NCBI GenBank assembly: GCA_016748015.1
Contig: JAAOMT010000231.1
Coordinates: 207,453-271,452 of the forward strand
Length of the DNA stretch: 64,000 nt
Reading direction: 5' to 3'
Origin: Geosiphon pyriformis uo1
Taxonomy: Eukaryota; Fungi; Glomeromycota
Positions 62,972 to 64,000 of this stretch are shown piece after piece. Position 1 is the stretch's first letter. Every line of letters begins with the position of its first letter. The notes under the pieces were generated by a model, which saw nothing but the letters and a program-made list of their open reading frames with translations, was not told the origin of the DNA and searched no databases. The translations under genes and the position numbers were made by a program.

Positions 62972-63956
62972 TGTTACCAGACGAAATTAGAGATATTATT
63001 TAGCATAAAATTATGTTATAATTCCTATCATTAATTAGCATATATTATCGTTTCAAATAATCACTTATTACATTAGCAAAAAAATGTCCGAAATTATCAT
63101 TTAATTTCTAACCCAAATTGTACACAACACAAATGTAACCTAATTGCAATGATCAATCATGCAATACCCTGAACTATGTAACATTCAGAAGTTTGCCAAA
63201 ATTTGTAGAAATTTGCCGAAATAATTGATAGTTCACCAAAATATCTAATAGTTCGCCGAAATAACTTGTAGTTTGCTGAAATGTATCTTTAGTTCAGCGA
63301 AATTGTAGAAAATAGCAAAGTTCAAGTTCATAGAATAGTATTATAACAAGTTGTATAAAAGAAGAGCTTCTCTCTTTGAGAAAATATATCTTATTTTAGA
63401 TTTATCACTTAGAACTATTCCTATACACACAAAAAGAAATAAATATTAAATAATTTGAAAAAACCAAGTTCTTTAATTATTGCACTTGGAAAATTTCCAA
63501 AACCCAATTAATATTTCGAAATTGATTAGCTACCAATTTCAGTAAACTGTTAGTGACTCCAGGCCTGGATAGAAAACGTTTCCCCTGATAAAATTCTATT
63601 TCTTTTACACTTCTTTTAATTTTTTTTCTTTTCTTATTACAATTATTAAGGTAGCCTACAGATGAGATTTCTGTAGAAGAGTTGACTTTCACAGCAAAGT
63701 AACTACACATTTTTAGTGAGCTTCCAGACAAGCAATTCCTGAGAAAGAGTTGACATTTATTACAACGTAACTACATAAAGCAACTGGCACGGAATTGGCC
63801 ATTCCATTCATAAGCCCAGCAAGTTCAAAATTATAAGAGATAATTTGAAGTTAAAAATTCAGTCACTGGAGGTTCAACCACACCCAGGAAACGTAAATTC
63901 ACAGCAAATAAGTATTAACAACATTACAGAAAAGAGACCAAAAATCTCCGGTAACA
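62972..63956 (+). mobile_element. Solo LTR (985 bp) of a second family inserted in the Gypsy RT
   Basis: TGTTACCAGA...TCCGGTAACA ends; RT frame resumes on both sides; 4-bp TSD ACAA/ATGA; internal ~20-bp tandem repeats and TATAAAA ~63354 (orientation inferred from these). Confidence 0.88.
63190..63308. repeat. Six ~20-bp tandem units (core AGTTCGCCGAAAT) inside the solo LTR
   Basis: agtttgccaaaat, aatttgccgaaat, agttcaccaaaat, agttcgccgaaat, agtttgctgaaat, agttcagcgaaat. Confidence 0.85.
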
Positions 63957-64000
63957 ATGAGTACCACTGGTGATGACCATGAACTTATTGATGGTTGAAT

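Larger units (their letters stand above)
61850..64000 (-). mobile_element. Ty3/Gypsy pol RT-RNase H (inactivated), split by a solo LTR; element continues beyond the window
   Basis: SSWSSPVVL|..KK..FCVDYRKLN, LDLDSGY*QV, MSFSLTNAPATFQ, YLDN (from YLDD), IDASGQ, AEKNY..EKE, YTDHK, ADGL; order RT-RH-INT. Confidence 0.95.

Overview
Eukaryotic, very AT-rich fungal DNA with short GT-AG introns. Gene content (expanded HxDxH-type tyrosine-kinase-like kinases, MATH-BTB, Crinkler-type PD-(D/E)xK nuclease, lipase-3 paralog) points to Glomeromycotina; the LINE and lipase resemble Geosiphon-type sequences as I recall them, which is inference and not a database result. Seven genes look intact: a small single-TM protein, a secreted lipase-3 with Gly in place of the catalytic Ser, an intronless multi-TM protein, two intronless QxW/beta-trefoil-like paralogs, an Fmp46/DUF1687-like protein and a TKL kinase. 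A MATH-BTB gene has a damaged 5' end. Pseudogenes include a nuclease effector and kinases. Two TIR-bounded Tc1/mariner relics and smaller fragments lie in intergenic DNA. The right end is a nested retroelement stack: an old hypermutated LINE, a younger LINE, a Ty3/Gypsy element inserted into it, and a solo LTR inserted in the Gypsy RT. The most interesting signals are (i) strongly directional C>T/G>A decay of repeats, including non-CpG sites, which is RIP-like in a lineage without documented RIP; (ii) a Gypsy element that appears to encode integrase as a separate ORF plus an extra 3' ORF; (iii) the candidate defence/effector genes (QxW paralog pair, pseudo-lipase, nuclease with an MCB-box array); and (iv) an 81-82 bp hairpin-containing higher-order repeat upstream of a tandem-kinase relic. 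Exon models were built by hand and need RNA-seq confirmation.
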